A DNA stretch of 64,000 nt, taken from an uncultured Gammaproteobacteria bacterium. Lineage in GTDB: Bacteria; Patescibacteriota; Microgenomatia; Levybacterales; GWA1-39-11. Positions 55,182-64,000 of the stretch are shown piece by piece (within the stretch, counting starts at the first letter, position 1; each line of letters starts with the position of its first letter). The position numbers were made by a program, and so were the translations under genes. Below the pieces are notes generated by a model, which was given only the letters and a program-made list of their open reading frames with translations, was not told the DNA's origin and ran no database searches. Where the stretch lies: NCBI GenBank assembly GCA_964568885.1, contig CAZMSF010000002.1, forward strand, positions 4,367 to 68,366. The letters are read 5' to 3'.

Positions 55182-55736
55182 CTATTTCTTAAAAAGTTTG
55201 CCTTTTTTCCAAGGGGTACCCAACATCGGAAGGAGATATCTGTCAACGCCTATCCATCCAGCAGTCCTCCACGCCAGAATAAGAAAGAGTTCGATGACAA
55301 ACAATACTGGGTTTGAACTTATGGTTCCGGCAAAAAGATAATTCATGTTCATGAACGCTCCAAAAAATGCAGAAATTCCGGTAAATATGCCCAATATAAG
55401 TCCAATGCCGACTAACAATTCTCCAAAGGCTACCATATAGGAGAATGTGGCGGCATTGGGAAGGGCTACATTCTGAATAAATGCTCCGTAAAATCCTGAA
55501 ACATCAGGATGCTGGCCTCCTGTTTTTTCAAGTGCGCCATTCAAAAATCCCGAAACTGCAACTCCTGCTTTAGGGCCGACCCACACCGGATTGTTAACCT
55601 TTGCCCATCCCGCAATAAGCCATTCATATCCGACGTAAACACGAAGGACAAGCCAGACCCAACCCATTCGAGTATTTGAGAAGATAAAGCGCGATAGCGC
55701 CGGCTCCGGAATTTCGTCTGAAAGATTTTTAGCCAT
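55182..55736 (-). CDS. DoxX-family membrane protein
   Basis: A four-helix hydrophobic topology and a conserved LRVYVGYEWLIAGWAKV segment. Confidence 0.65.
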   Translation of the reverse strand: MAKNLSDEIPEPALSRFIFSNTRMGWVWLVLRVYVGYEWLIAGWAKVNNPVWVGPKAGVAVSGFLNGALEKTGGQHPDVSGFYGAFIQNVALPNAATFSYMVAFGELLVGIGLILGIFTGISAFFGAFMNMNYLFAGTISSNPVLFVIELFLILAWRTAGWIGVDRYLLPMLGTPWKKGKLFKK

Positions 55737-55869
55737 ACTCTACGTTACCAGTGTTGATTCATGTGTGTCAAGTGATTTAAATCACATACAAACATTTTAT
55801 ATTCTGAGAGGCAGAACCCACTTGACGAACGTATAAATTTCCTTCATCATAAAAAAAGAGCGATATTTT

Positions 55870-57537
55870 TTGTTTTGTATGGATACAAATCTTCTTGCCC
55901 GGCTATCAAAAATTATTGAAGGAGACATAGCGACCGACTCCATGACTCTGACCGAATACAGTCATGATGCTTCTCTTTTTGAGATGAAGCCCGAGGCCGT
56001 GGTCTTCCCGAGGGGCGAAAAAGATGTTGCCGCTCTTGTCCGGTTTGTCGCTGAAAACAAAAAAGAGCATCCACATCTCTCATTAACAGCACGTTCCGCA
56101 GGAACAGACATGGGTGGTGGTTCCATCAACGATTCCATAATAGTAGCTTTTTCAAAGTACTTTAATGCGAAGCCAAAAATTGATGCCGATAAAAGAACAG
56201 CAATTGTTGAACCAGGCCTTTTCTATAGAGACTTTGAGAAAGAAACCATTCGCGAAGGGCTTCTTTTCCCTTCGTATCCTGCGAGCCGGGGTTTGTGTGC
56301 TATGGGAGGAATTATTAACAACAATTCGGGAGGGGAAAAATCTTTGCAATATGGAAAAACCGAACGGTATGTGAAAAGCGTTAAAGTTGTGCTTCGGGAC
56401 GGAAGTGTTTGTGAATTCAAGAAGCTCACGATGGCAAGCCTTGAAAAGAAAATGACTCAAAAAGATCTTGAAGGGGAGATATATAGAAAGATGTTCAAAC
56501 TCATCAGCGATAATTACGACGAGATAATGGCCGCAAAGCCGCAAGTGAGTAAAAATTCTGCGGGATACTTTCTATGGAATGTCTATGACAAAGAAGAGGG
56601 GACTTTTGATCTGACCAAGTTGTGGGTTGGAGCCCAAGGAACCCTTGGGTTACTTTTGGAGGCTGAGGTATCACTCGTTCCTATCCATATGCACCGGGAG
56701 ATGATGGTTGTTTTTCTTCATGACTTAAAGCATCTGGGCGAAATCATCAATGCCGCGCTGCCTCTTAAGCCAGAAAGCTTTGAGTCATACGATGACAATA
56801 CCCTTAAATTGGCTCTCAAATATTTCCCGGAATTTGCTAAGCAATTGGGAGCAAAAGGGTTTGTCGGGGCGGGGATAGCATTTATGCCCGAATTCCTGAT
56901 GGTGATGCGCGGTGGCCTTCCAAAGCTTGTTTTACAAATAGATTTCACCGGCAACGACCCTGAAGAATTGAAGCAAAAAATTGCTACGCTCAAGGCAAAG
57001 CTGGCGCCGCTTCATCCCCAAGCAAAAGTTGCGGTAGAGTCACAGGAAGAAAAATACTGGCTTATCAGAAGGGAAAGTTTTAATTTACTAAGGAAGAAAA
57101 TCAAAAACAAGCACACAGCCCCATTTATCGATGATTTTGTTATAAAACCTGAATATATCGCCGAGCTTATACCTCAAATAAATGCCATCATTCAAAAGCA
57201 CAAAGACTATATGTATACGGTTGCTGGGCACATCGGAGACGGGAATTTCCATATTATTCCCCTTGTTGATATCACGAAAAAATCAGTACGGGATGCAATT
57301 CCCGAAATTTCAAAACAGGTTTACGATTTGGTAATAAAATACGGAGGGTCAATAACGGGAGAGCATAATGACGGTCTCATCAGAACGCCGTATCTGAGAC
57401 AAATGTATGGAAGTAAAATTTACGAGCTTTTTGAGGAAACGAAGCGAATATTTGATCCGGAAAACATATTCAATCCACGAAAGAAAGTCGGAGCGACTAT
57501 GGAGTACGCAATGAAGCACCTTCGGATGCAGTGGTGA
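55870..57537 (+). CDS. FAD-linked oxidase (GlcD / D-lactate dehydrogenase-like)
   Basis: An N-terminal FAD_binding_4 segment (VVFPRGEKDVAALVRFV…ARSAGTDMGGGS) plus a C-terminal FAD-oxidase domain. Confidence 0.8.
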   Translation: MFCMDTNLLARLSKIIEGDIATDSMTLTEYSHDASLFEMKPEAVVFPRGEKDVAALVRFVAENKKEHPHLSLTARSAGTDMGGGSINDSIIVAFSKYFNAKPKIDADKRTAIVEPGLFYRDFEKETIREGLLFPSYPASRGLCAMGGIINNNSGGEKSLQYGKTERYVKSVKVVLRDGSVCEFKKLTMASLEKKMTQKDLEGEIYRKMFKLISDNYDEIMAAKPQVSKNSAGYFLWNVYDKEEGTFDLTKLWVGAQGTLGLLLEAEVSLVPIHMHREMMVVFLHDLKHLGEIINAALPLKPESFESYDDNTLKLALKYFPEFAKQLGAKGFVGAGIAFMPEFLMVMRGGLPKLVLQIDFTGNDPEELKQKIATLKAKLAPLHPQAKVAVESQEEKYWLIRRESFNLLRKKIKNKHTAPFIDDFVIKPEYIAELIPQINAIIQKHKDYMYTVAGHIGDGNFHIIPLVDITKKSVRDAIPEISKQVYDLVIKYGGSITGEHNDGLIRTPYLRQMYGSKIYELFEETKRIFDPENIFNPRKKVGATMEYAMKHLRMQW

Positions 57538-57547
57538 CACCCCCGTA

Positions 57548-58318
57548 TCAGGCTAAAATGAATTTCCCGATAACTTCGGCTACGCCGTCGCTATCAACAG
57601 TCGGGGCAATGAAGTCGGCGATTTCTTTCAAGTCGGGTACTGCGTTTCCCATCGCGACCTTAAGCCCCGATGCCATAAGAAGGGGAAAATCATTATATCC
57701 ATCGCCAACACCTATTATCTCTTCTCTTTTGAGGCTCAATTTTTCTGCAATGATTTCTATTCCATGAAGCTTTGTTGCATTTACATGTGTAATATTGAGT
57801 CCGTATTTTTCCGGATTTTTATGACGAGTTCTATAAATGTTAAGGTGGGGGAGTGAAAGCTCCTTCATGATGGTGTGGGTCTGGTCAAGTGTAAAATCTT
57901 CATAGGTATAAAACATTGAAACGTTGCCAGGATCGTCTCCTTTTTCAAATGGAGGAAAATTATCGTCATTTCGGGACAAACTTTCTCCATTCTTTATATA
58001 AAACGTAATGCTGTTCTTTTCAAAAACATCGATTGTGTGTTGCACGTCGGAAGATTCTATTGTTTGTTTGTGTATTACCTTTTCTGATGCAATATCAATA
58101 ACAAATGCTCCGGTGTCGATGACAATGTACCCATCGGTAAGGCCAAGCGGTTTTAAAATTTTTTTAGTCGAATAATATGACCGTCCCGTGACAAGGCAGA
58201 TATGGACTTTTTCCTTTGCTTTCGTTATCGCCTCCCTCACTTTTTTTGAAGGCATCGCATCGTATTGATAGGGAATAAGAGTCCCATCAACATCAAGCAT
58301 TATCGCTTTGTAATTCAT
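57548..58318 (-). CDS. HAD-IIB (Cof-type) hydrolase
   Basis: Motif I MLDVDGTL, motif IV GDGYND, and a cap domain. Confidence 0.85.
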   Translation of the reverse strand: MNYKAIMLDVDGTLIPYQYDAMPSKKVREAITKAKEKVHICLVTGRSYYSTKKILKPLGLTDGYIVIDTGAFVIDIASEKVIHKQTIESSDVQHTIDVFEKNSITFYIKNGESLSRNDDNFPPFEKGDDPGNVSMFYTYEDFTLDQTHTIMKELSLPHLNIYRTRHKNPEKYGLNITHVNATKLHGIEIIAEKLSLKREEIIGVGDGYNDFPLLMASGLKVAMGNAVPDLKEIADFIAPTVDSDGVAEVIGKFILA

Positions 58319-58376
58319 GTAAACAATTGTACCATTACAAAGTTGTTTTTGATGTTTTCTTTGGTATTATTTCAGA

Positions 58377-59162
58377 ATGGGGGAGAGACCTACAACAAGC
58401 CCAATGGAAGTCGTGACCGAAATGTCGCCGGGGACAACACGCATGTGTGTTGAAAATGGCGAGTGGTCTTTTGGGGCTCCAAATTATTATCTTGTCAGGG
58501 GGACAGACGGTGCGGTTGTTATAGATAGCGGGACGGGGACTGATGAAGAATTTGCGCTGTTTCGTAGCACTTGGTTATCGAAAGGAAAACCAAAAGTCGC
58601 TGCAGTTATTGTGACGCACGAGCATTTTGACCACGATGGGGGGAGTTTTGACTTTTCAGACCTCGTTGGCGCTCCCATAATAGGAGGACTTGGAGAAAGG
58701 GTTGAGGAACGGACGATGGATTTGGGAGAAAGGGTGGTCACAATTCTGCCGACTCCCGGACATACCGAGGATAGTTTGTGCGTTTTGGACAAAACATCAA
58801 ATAGCCTTTTTACGGGAGACACTATTATTGAGGACAAGTCGGTCGTAGTAGATGATATGGGAGAATACATACATTCTCTTGAGGAACTCAAAAGACTCAA
58901 CTCTGCCGCAATCCTTCCGGGTCACGGCAACCTAATTCCGGATGCAAGTCAAAAGATAGCCGATTATATTGCCCGTACTCATCGACGGGAAAGGATGATA
59001 CTGCGTTTTATTCACCACGGTTTGAATTCGGTTGACAGTCTGACAAAGCGCATGTATCCTCATAAGCCGCATGTAGGACAAAGGCAGGTACTGTCTCACA
59101 TTGAAAAGCTTATTAATGACGGTCTAATCACAGAGCAGGAAGGACAACTGACATTGATTTAA
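58377..59162 (+). CDS. MBL-fold metallo-hydrolase
   Basis: THEHFDHDGG is the metallo-beta-lactamase HxHxDH motif. The extended -10 TGGTATTAT at 58362-58370 ends 7 nt before the ATG. Confidence 0.8.
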   Translation: MGERPTTSPMEVVTEMSPGTTRMCVENGEWSFGAPNYYLVRGTDGAVVIDSGTGTDEEFALFRSTWLSKGKPKVAAVIVTHEHFDHDGGSFDFSDLVGAPIIGGLGERVEERTMDLGERVVTILPTPGHTEDSLCVLDKTSNSLFTGDTIIEDKSVVVDDMGEYIHSLEELKRLNSAAILPGHGNLIPDASQKIADYIARTHRRERMILRFIHHGLNSVDSLTKRMYPHKPHVGQRQVLSHIEKLINDGLITEQEGQLTLI

Positions 59163-59178
59163 ATCAATGTCAGTTTTA
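59146..59178 (+). terminator. perfect 15-bp inverted repeat AACTGACATTGATTT/AAATCAATGTCAGTT centred on the MBL stop codon, followed by TTTA
   Basis: Palindrome at 59146-59175. Confidence 0.4.
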
Positions 59179-59201
59179 TAGAGCTTGTTTACAATGCATG
59201 A

Positions 59202-59546
59202 ATGTTTGGTCCAGCCGATGTTCCCGAAATAACCGCTGAAGAAGTTTGGAAAGCTATTCAAAAGAAGAAAAAAGTAGTGCTTCTTGATGTGAGGACCCCA
59301 CATGAATATTCCCGGGGTAATATAGGAGGGAGCATGAATATCTCGGTTGAAAAAATACAGGATGAGGTACAAAAGCAATTTCCCGATAAAGATTCGACTA
59401 TCTACGTCTATTGTCTGAGCGGTTCACGGAGTGTTGTTGCGGTTGGTGCATTGGTGAAGATGGGCTATAAAAAGGTATATAGCATGACCAGTGGACTTCT
59501 TGCATGGAGGGCGATGGGGTATCCGCTTACACAGCCTGCGGGTTAA
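59202..59546 (+). CDS. single-domain rhodanese (sulfurtransferase)
   Basis: The active-site loop YVYCLSGSRS. TACAAT at 59190-59195 ends 7 nt before the ATG. Confidence 0.8.
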   Translation: MFGPADVPEITAEEVWKAIQKKKKVVLLDVRTPHEYSRGNIGGSMNISVEKIQDEVQKQFPDKDSTIYVYCLSGSRSVVAVGALVKMGYKKVYSMTSGLLAWRAMGYPLTQPAG

Positions 59547-59782
59547 CGCTATTTCTTACAATATTCTAATCGAACTAACGCATTTCTCTTCTACAATTCC
59601 TTCATGGAGGATGAGGAGTATCAGGAACAAAGTTTGAGCTCGAAAATTCTGCCGGCTCTTATATTCATTATTTTGACAGCCATTCTCATCGCAAGTCTTT
59701 ACTATCTTTTCTTTCGGTAGCAGAGTTGAAATTTCTCCCGACTTTACTTGATTTCAGGCTGAAAAGTGTTAGTATATGACAC

Positions 59783-60220
59783 ATGATTAAAGGAGAAGAT
59801 ATTTCGCCGATTTCAGAGGAGGTTCTTTCTGGTCCAACATATATTGATATTCTTGCAGACGCAACCGCAAGAACGGTCAACACCAGATTTAAGGCAGACA
59901 CATTGAGCTGGATGAATGCTGTTCGAAGTGGGCAGCTTGCTGCGCAAGCCGAACATCCGGGTTTTCTTTCCGACGTAAGCTTTGTGGAATTCCGCGAAGG
60001 GTATTTTTGGAGTGATGAAGTGCATACATTTCTCAATATTATGGGAAGAGCGGGAGCAATTGAGGTTCTGAGTCCAAGATATAGGGTCAGAGTTTTTGAG
60101 GCCGATGCCAAAGCCGACTTCTTAAATATCGTCGATCCTTTAGTTGAAGCACAAAAAGATGCTATTGTTCACATAACGCATGCACTTGATATGCAGGTAG
60201 GTCTTTCCCCGCTTCTATAA
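59783..60220 (+). CDS. hypothetical protein
   Basis: 145-aa ORF. TGTTAGTAT at 59767-59775 lies about 7 nt before the ATG. Confidence 0.4.
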   Translation: MIKGEDISPISEEVLSGPTYIDILADATARTVNTRFKADTLSWMNAVRSGQLAAQAEHPGFLSDVSFVEFREGYFWSDEVHTFLNIMGRAGAIEVLSPRYRVRVFEADAKADFLNIVDPLVEAQKDAIVHITHALDMQVGLSPLL

Positions 60221-60225
60221 GAAAG

Positions 60226-60861
60226 TTGAGTTTGTCAAAGAATCATAGTACGCTTATTATCTACTATCCCTTTTCCCATATGATGTTTCTTTACGATAAT
60301 TTAAACTGGATGCTTTTCAACTTGGGGCTGGCATTGATACCCCTTGTTCTTGTGCACTTGCTCAAGAGAAAGCTCAATTCGGCGCTTCGTATTGTTCTCC
60401 TTTTTTTGTGGTTCATTTTCCTGCCCAATACCATTTATCTTGTTACTGATTTGGAATATCTTCCGTATCAAATTTTTCGTACCGGGTATTTAGAGCAAGC
60501 TTTTCTTTTCACCGAATACGGAATCCTTACATTTTTCGGCGTCTTTTCCTATCTTTATTCACTCGAGCCTATGGAGTTTTTTATAAAAAAAATTAAAGGT
60601 GGGGGAGCGGGCAAAAACGCTTTCTATATCGCTCTTCACACGATTGTTGCTTTTGGAGTAGTAATGGGAAAAGTTCAAAGGACCCACTCATGGTATATCT
60701 TTACCAACCCTCAACGGGTTGTAACTGACGCCATAAAGACTCTATCGGCCAACGATCTTGTTTTCTGGATATTCTTTTGTGCCGTTGTCATCAATGGGTT
60801 CTTTTTCGTATTCAAAAAGTACTTTCCTGCGTTTGCAATTCGAAAGAAAAAATCAGCCTAG
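60226..60861 (+). CDS. hypothetical integral membrane protein (DUF1361-like)
   Basis: At least 5 TM helices and a FLPNTIYLVTDLEY-type motif. The family call is tentative. Confidence 0.45.
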   Translation: MSLSKNHSTLIIYYPFSHMMFLYDNLNWMLFNLGLALIPLVLVHLLKRKLNSALRIVLLFLWFIFLPNTIYLVTDLEYLPYQIFRTGYLEQAFLFTEYGILTFFGVFSYLYSLEPMEFFIKKIKGGGAGKNAFYIALHTIVAFGVVMGKVQRTHSWYIFTNPQRVVTDAIKTLSANDLVFWIFFCAVVINGFFFVFKKYFPAFAIRKKKSA

Positions 60862-60910
60862 TCTTAGGCGCTTGCATTCATGGAATTTGGGAGTATACTA
60901 ACCGTAAAGT

Positions 60911-61513
60911 ATGAATAAAAAGCTTTTGGTCGCAGCCCTCATAGTAATACTCCTTATCGCAGGCGTTGTCGGATATTTTGCAACCCAAAACAAAAAGGCG
61001 GCAACAACAACTACTACAGAAAATTCCCAGACGGCAACACAGCAAGCACCGTCCGAAGTTATGCCTGATTTTGTAAAGGCAATGCAAGGGTCGGGTTCCG
61101 TTAAGTGCACATATACCTATTCGGACGTAACAACGACTAGCTACATAAAGGACGGAAAGATACGGACAGAAATGACTGCAAAAGGAGTTACAAATAACTC
61201 AATCATGGCAAACAAAATTGTCTACTCATGGGCAACAGGACAAAAGACAGGAATAATGATGGATACGACTGCGCTCACCGCTTCAGTGACTCTGGGAGCA
61301 ACCGGTACTCAAAACTACAAAGATGCGGATTCGCTTAAGAGTGATTTGGAAAACTACAAACCTTCATGTAGTAACGAGGCAATTGCAGACTCGATGTTTG
61401 AAAAGCCAACAGGTGTTACTTTCACTGATTACAGCAAAATGATGCAGGACATAAAAAGCAAGATCCCTGCCAATGTCACTATCCCTGAGGGATACAAGGT
61501 TCCAACTCAGTAA
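60911..61513 (+). CDS. hypothetical signal-anchored secreted protein
   Basis: An N-terminal TM (LLVAALIVILLIAGVVGYFA) followed by a Thr-rich linker. Confidence 0.5.
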   Translation: MNKKLLVAALIVILLIAGVVGYFATQNKKAATTTTTENSQTATQQAPSEVMPDFVKAMQGSGSVKCTYTYSDVTTTSYIKDGKIRTEMTAKGVTNNSIMANKIVYSWATGQKTGIMMDTTALTASVTLGATGTQNYKDADSLKSDLENYKPSCSNEAIADSMFEKPTGVTFTDYSKMMQDIKSKIPANVTIPEGYKVPTQ

Positions 61514-61563
61514 TTCAGTTTTTCTCATTGACTTTGTGCTTTTCTCCACCGTACGATAAATAG

Positions 61564-64000
61564 GTGCAAGAAGAAAACCAGCAAGTTCAACAACCACCGC
61601 CTCCTCCAGCGCCTTCATTTCCAAAGAACGTTATTTTGAATTTATTCTCAAAGATTCCGAAACCGGTGTTTTTAGTGGTATTAATCGCCATTGGCATACC
61701 ACTTGTTCTATTTATACTGAAAGGGCCTCCAAGTACTTCTCCAACAAAACCAAAAAGTGAATTTTCGCTTGTCGAAAGTTCCCCTTCGGATCAACAAAAC
61801 GCAACACCCGTAATCGCTCAACCAACATTTGTTTTTTCAAAAAAAATAGGAATAAGCGAGAAGGAATTGGGAAAATATTTTACAATGACCCCAAAAACGG
61901 AAGGAAGTTGGCATATAGAGAAAAATGGACAGGTTGTGTATTTTGCCTCAAATAAGAAGGGGGGAAATAAATTTCCTCAGACGTTTGAATATCAGACGTC
62001 TTATTCTGTAACAATTGATAAAAGTTTTCATTCAGAAAATGGCAAACAATTAGGAGAAGAGGCGCATGTGACTTTTAAAACCCAACAGAACCCGGAATTT
62101 GGGCTCACCTCATACAAAAGTTTGCTGCCTGCTTTAGTGGGGGAATCAATTGATATCGAGGTTGGAGATTATAGTGGATATGAGGGTAAGTATGCTCAGT
62201 CAATCAAGCAGCAAATGACGGAACCGTACAAAGTCACACTTCAGAAAGCAACAAAGGAGGAATTGCTTTCTTATTTTAAATACAAAAAAAATTCTTATCT
62301 GGCAATAAATGAAGTGCCGGATGAGCTTGTCCACAGAGAGTCGGTTACGGCGACAGGTCAATATATGGCCCTAGGGCAAGGCGGATACACAAAAGCAATA
62401 CATGTATCAAGTCCTGTCTTTAAGACTCCCGGAATATATTTCGTTACTTTTTCGAATAAGTATGGACGTGACAGGCTTTTTGTTGTGGTTTCAAAACACG
62501 TTGCTCAAGTATTGCATGACAATAAGAAATCCTACGTTGTAACAACCGCCAGTGATACCAACAAGGCGATAGGGGGAATAAAGGTTGAGTATTACAATGC
62601 GCTTGAAAAAGTTAGCCTGCTTGACACGAAGTCAACCAACCCTGAGGGGATAGCGCAGCAGAACAAGTTTTCTGACGACACGGACTTTGTTGTGACCAGC
62701 CAAGGGGAGGATATTGCCATCACCTCTACTCGGGGATACCGAATGGGAATTGCCTCAGACGGGGAGAGTGAGGTCTTTTCGTATACCGACAGGCCAATTT
62801 ATCGTCCGGGAGACACTGTGCATTATAAGGCTGTTATTCGCGTCAGAGACGATAATGGAAATTACGCAATCAAGCAAAAAAAATATTATGTGAAGTATGT
62901 AGCCGGTTTTGATACAGCGAAGGGTGAATACAAAGAAGTGACAACCGATGAGAACGGAACATTGACTTTTGATACGAAAGTGCCGTATTCGGAGACGAAC
63001 CAGTACCCCAATATATATTTGGCATCAAAAAACGCCAAGGGAGAATACCAGTCGATGGATACATTGCCGATTTTGGTTGAGGCTTACAAAAAACCTGAAA
63101 TGGATATAAGCGTTAAGGCAAGCGAGAAGGAATACATAAGCGGAGATACATCGCACATGACCGTTATTGGTAAAACAAATTACGGCAAGCCTTTATCGGG
63201 CATAAAATTTACCTACCGGGTTATGCTTGTTGATTACACGGAATTGAAAGATAGGAATGATGAGCAGATAGAGGTAGATATTTATGCTAATTATTATGGG
63301 GGAGGAAAAGAATTAACAAGCGGTGCATCCGAATTTGACAAGAACGGAACGGCAAATATCGAGTTTTCGACAAAATTGCCGGAAAGTTTTGAACAAAGCC
63401 AAGTGGCACTCCTTGAAGTAACTCCTACAATCGGTGCCGTTCCTTCTTTTGGAAAAATTGTCCGTCTTATCCACCGGGGTGAGTTCGCCCTCTTTTTTGA
63501 TGGGATTGAAGGAAATACTACTACGGGTTTGAGTGGCTACACTCAAGCGCTTAATCACAATAATCCAAGACAAGCAGTCGGAAACATGAAGGGTAAGTTG
63601 ACTCTCACAAAAAAAGAATATTACTCGGAAAACGGACAGGTCATTGAGACGAGAGACATCGAACTCGATGGGAAAGGAAGGGTAGGTTTTACATTCAGAA
63701 ATCTGAAAGAAGGGAATTATGAGCTGAAATCGGAGTTTACCGACCAGCGGGGAAATAAAGTGACTGGCGTACAGATGACGTATATTGGGTCTCCTGTTCA
63801 GCTGACCGGGCCTGCGAGTGCAATGGCTGTTTCCTTCGACAAGCAAAAGTACAATGATGGGCAAACGGCTCGAGCAACAGTCATTTCCAACTTTCTTATA
63901 GATGACGTGTATATCGTAACAGCAGAGAATAAAGGCGGCATGACACGAATTGTGTCGGTTGAGCGACGAAAGGGAGAAGGGAGAACCAAGTCATTAACGA
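61564..64000 (+). CDS. alpha-2-macroglobulin family protein (bacterial A2M/YfhM-like), N-terminal ~810 aa; continues beyond window end
   Basis: A GTG at 61564 and an N-terminal TM (PVFLVVLIAIGIPLVLFIL). MG-domain signatures include TDRPIYRPGDTVHYKAVIRVRDDNG. It is not in the ORF track because no stop lies within the window. Confidence 0.75.
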   Translation, partial: MQEENQQVQQPPPPPAPSFPKNVILNLFSKIPKPVFLVVLIAIGIPLVLFILKGPPSTSPTKPKSEFSLVESSPSDQQNATPVIAQPTFVFSKKIGISEKELGKYFTMTPKTEGSWHIEKNGQVVYFASNKKGGNKFPQTFEYQTSYSVTIDKSFHSENGKQLGEEAHVTFKTQQNPEFGLTSYKSLLPALVGESIDIEVGDYSGYEGKYAQSIKQQMTEPYKVTLQKATKEELLSYFKYKKNSYLAINEVPDELVHRESVTATGQYMALGQGGYTKAIHVSSPVFKTPGIYFVTFSNKYGRDRLFVVVSKHVAQVLHDNKKSYVVTTASDTNKAIGGIKVEYYNALEKVSLLDTKSTNPEGIAQQNKFSDDTDFVVTSQGEDIAITSTRGYRMGIASDGESEVFSYTDRPIYRPGDTVHYKAVIRVRDDNGNYAIKQKKYYVKYVAGFDTAKGEYKEVTTDENGTLTFDTKVPYSETNQYPNIYLASKNAKGEYQSMDTLPILVEAYKKPEMDISVKASEKEYISGDTSHMTVIGKTNYGKPLSGIKFTYRVMLVDYTELKDRNDEQIEVDIYANYYGGGKELTSGASEFDKNGTANIEFSTKLPESFEQSQVALLEVTPTIGAVPSFGKIVRLIHRGEFALFFDGIEGNTTTGLSGYTQALNHNNPRQAVGNMKGKLTLTKKEYYSENGQVIETRDIELDGKGRVGFTFRNLKEGNYELKSEFTDQRGNKVTGVQMTYIGSPVQLTGPASAMAVSFDKQKYNDGQTARATVISNFLIDDVYIVTAENKGGMTRIVSVERRKGEGRTKSLT

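Noticed and set aside
1-64000. CRISPR arrays, rRNA and tRNA genes
   Set aside because: No short direct repeats with regular spacers are present. I found no GGTTCGA-type T-loop plus acceptor stem by eye in the intergenic regions. The only repeat families are coding repeats and the 36-bp hairpin pair. A tRNA could still be missed without a scanner.
1-64000. Alternative genetic code (UGA recoded, as in some CPR lineages)
   Set aside because: Multi-kb ORFs with conserved domains (purL, ATPase, ppsA-like, rseP) are intact under the standard code. TGA is used as a stop at operon overlaps (ATGA).

Overview
This 64-kb window comes from a low-GC (about 40%) bacterial genome that uses the standard genetic code. 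Gene content and architecture resemble a small-genome, possibly CPR/Patescibacteria-like or episymbiotic, organism; this is inference only. The supporting signs are an unusually short EF-Ts (150 aa), rpsB-tsf-frr without pyrH, many small signal-anchored secreted proteins, and promoters whose -10 box sits about 7 nt before the start codon (leaderless transcripts).

Layout:
- (1-673, minus) A partial glyA that runs off the window edge. I found it by manual translation.
- (768-11239) An island of ten genes, nine of them on the minus strand, for predicted surface or secreted proteins. It holds three tandem paralogs sharing a roughly 200-aa C-terminal domain, an 864-aa Cys/Gly-rich protein with a 219-bp tandem repeat, and a vWA protein and its neighbour sharing a duplicated N-terminal module. 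A fourth copy of the C-terminal domain sits at 42012-44249.
- (11361-15044) The housekeeping block rpsB-tsf-rseP-frr-recR.
- (15058-16788) A 576-aa Ala/Thr/Pro-rich disordered protein.
- (16835-19096) A CofE-like ligase and purB.
- (19110-22127) A DUF1704-type metallopeptidase divergent from a large membrane protein.
- (22259-23929) FKBP and trhO.
- (24228-28994) An MFS transporter, an archaeal-type NMNAT and a P-type ATPase.
- (29184-36034) Several hypothetical secreted or cytosolic proteins, a GH63-like hydrolase, a triple zinc-ribbon protein, a LUD-domain protein, an HxlR regulator and a CDF transporter.
- (about 36485-39395) A sharply bounded high-GC (about 62-65%) 2.9-kb segment. It carries a PEP synthase-like (PpsA-family) gene and a 47-aa upstream ORF, and is most likely horizontally acquired.
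- (44755-50588) The purine cluster purN-like, purD, a PurS-PurS-PurL fusion, and purQ.
- (51627-54088) A soluble MgtE-type Mg-sensing module (PRC, MgtE_N and CBS domains, no pore) translationally coupled to an Nramp-family transporter with an NRMT-like (Mg-type) binding site.
- (54092-61513) A GH15-like protein, DoxX, an FAD-linked oxidase, a HAD/Cof hydrolase, an MBL-fold hydrolase, a rhodanese and several hypothetical proteins.
- (61564-64000) A partial alpha-2-macroglobulin-family protein that runs off the far end.

I saw no rRNA, tRNA or CRISPR array by eye.
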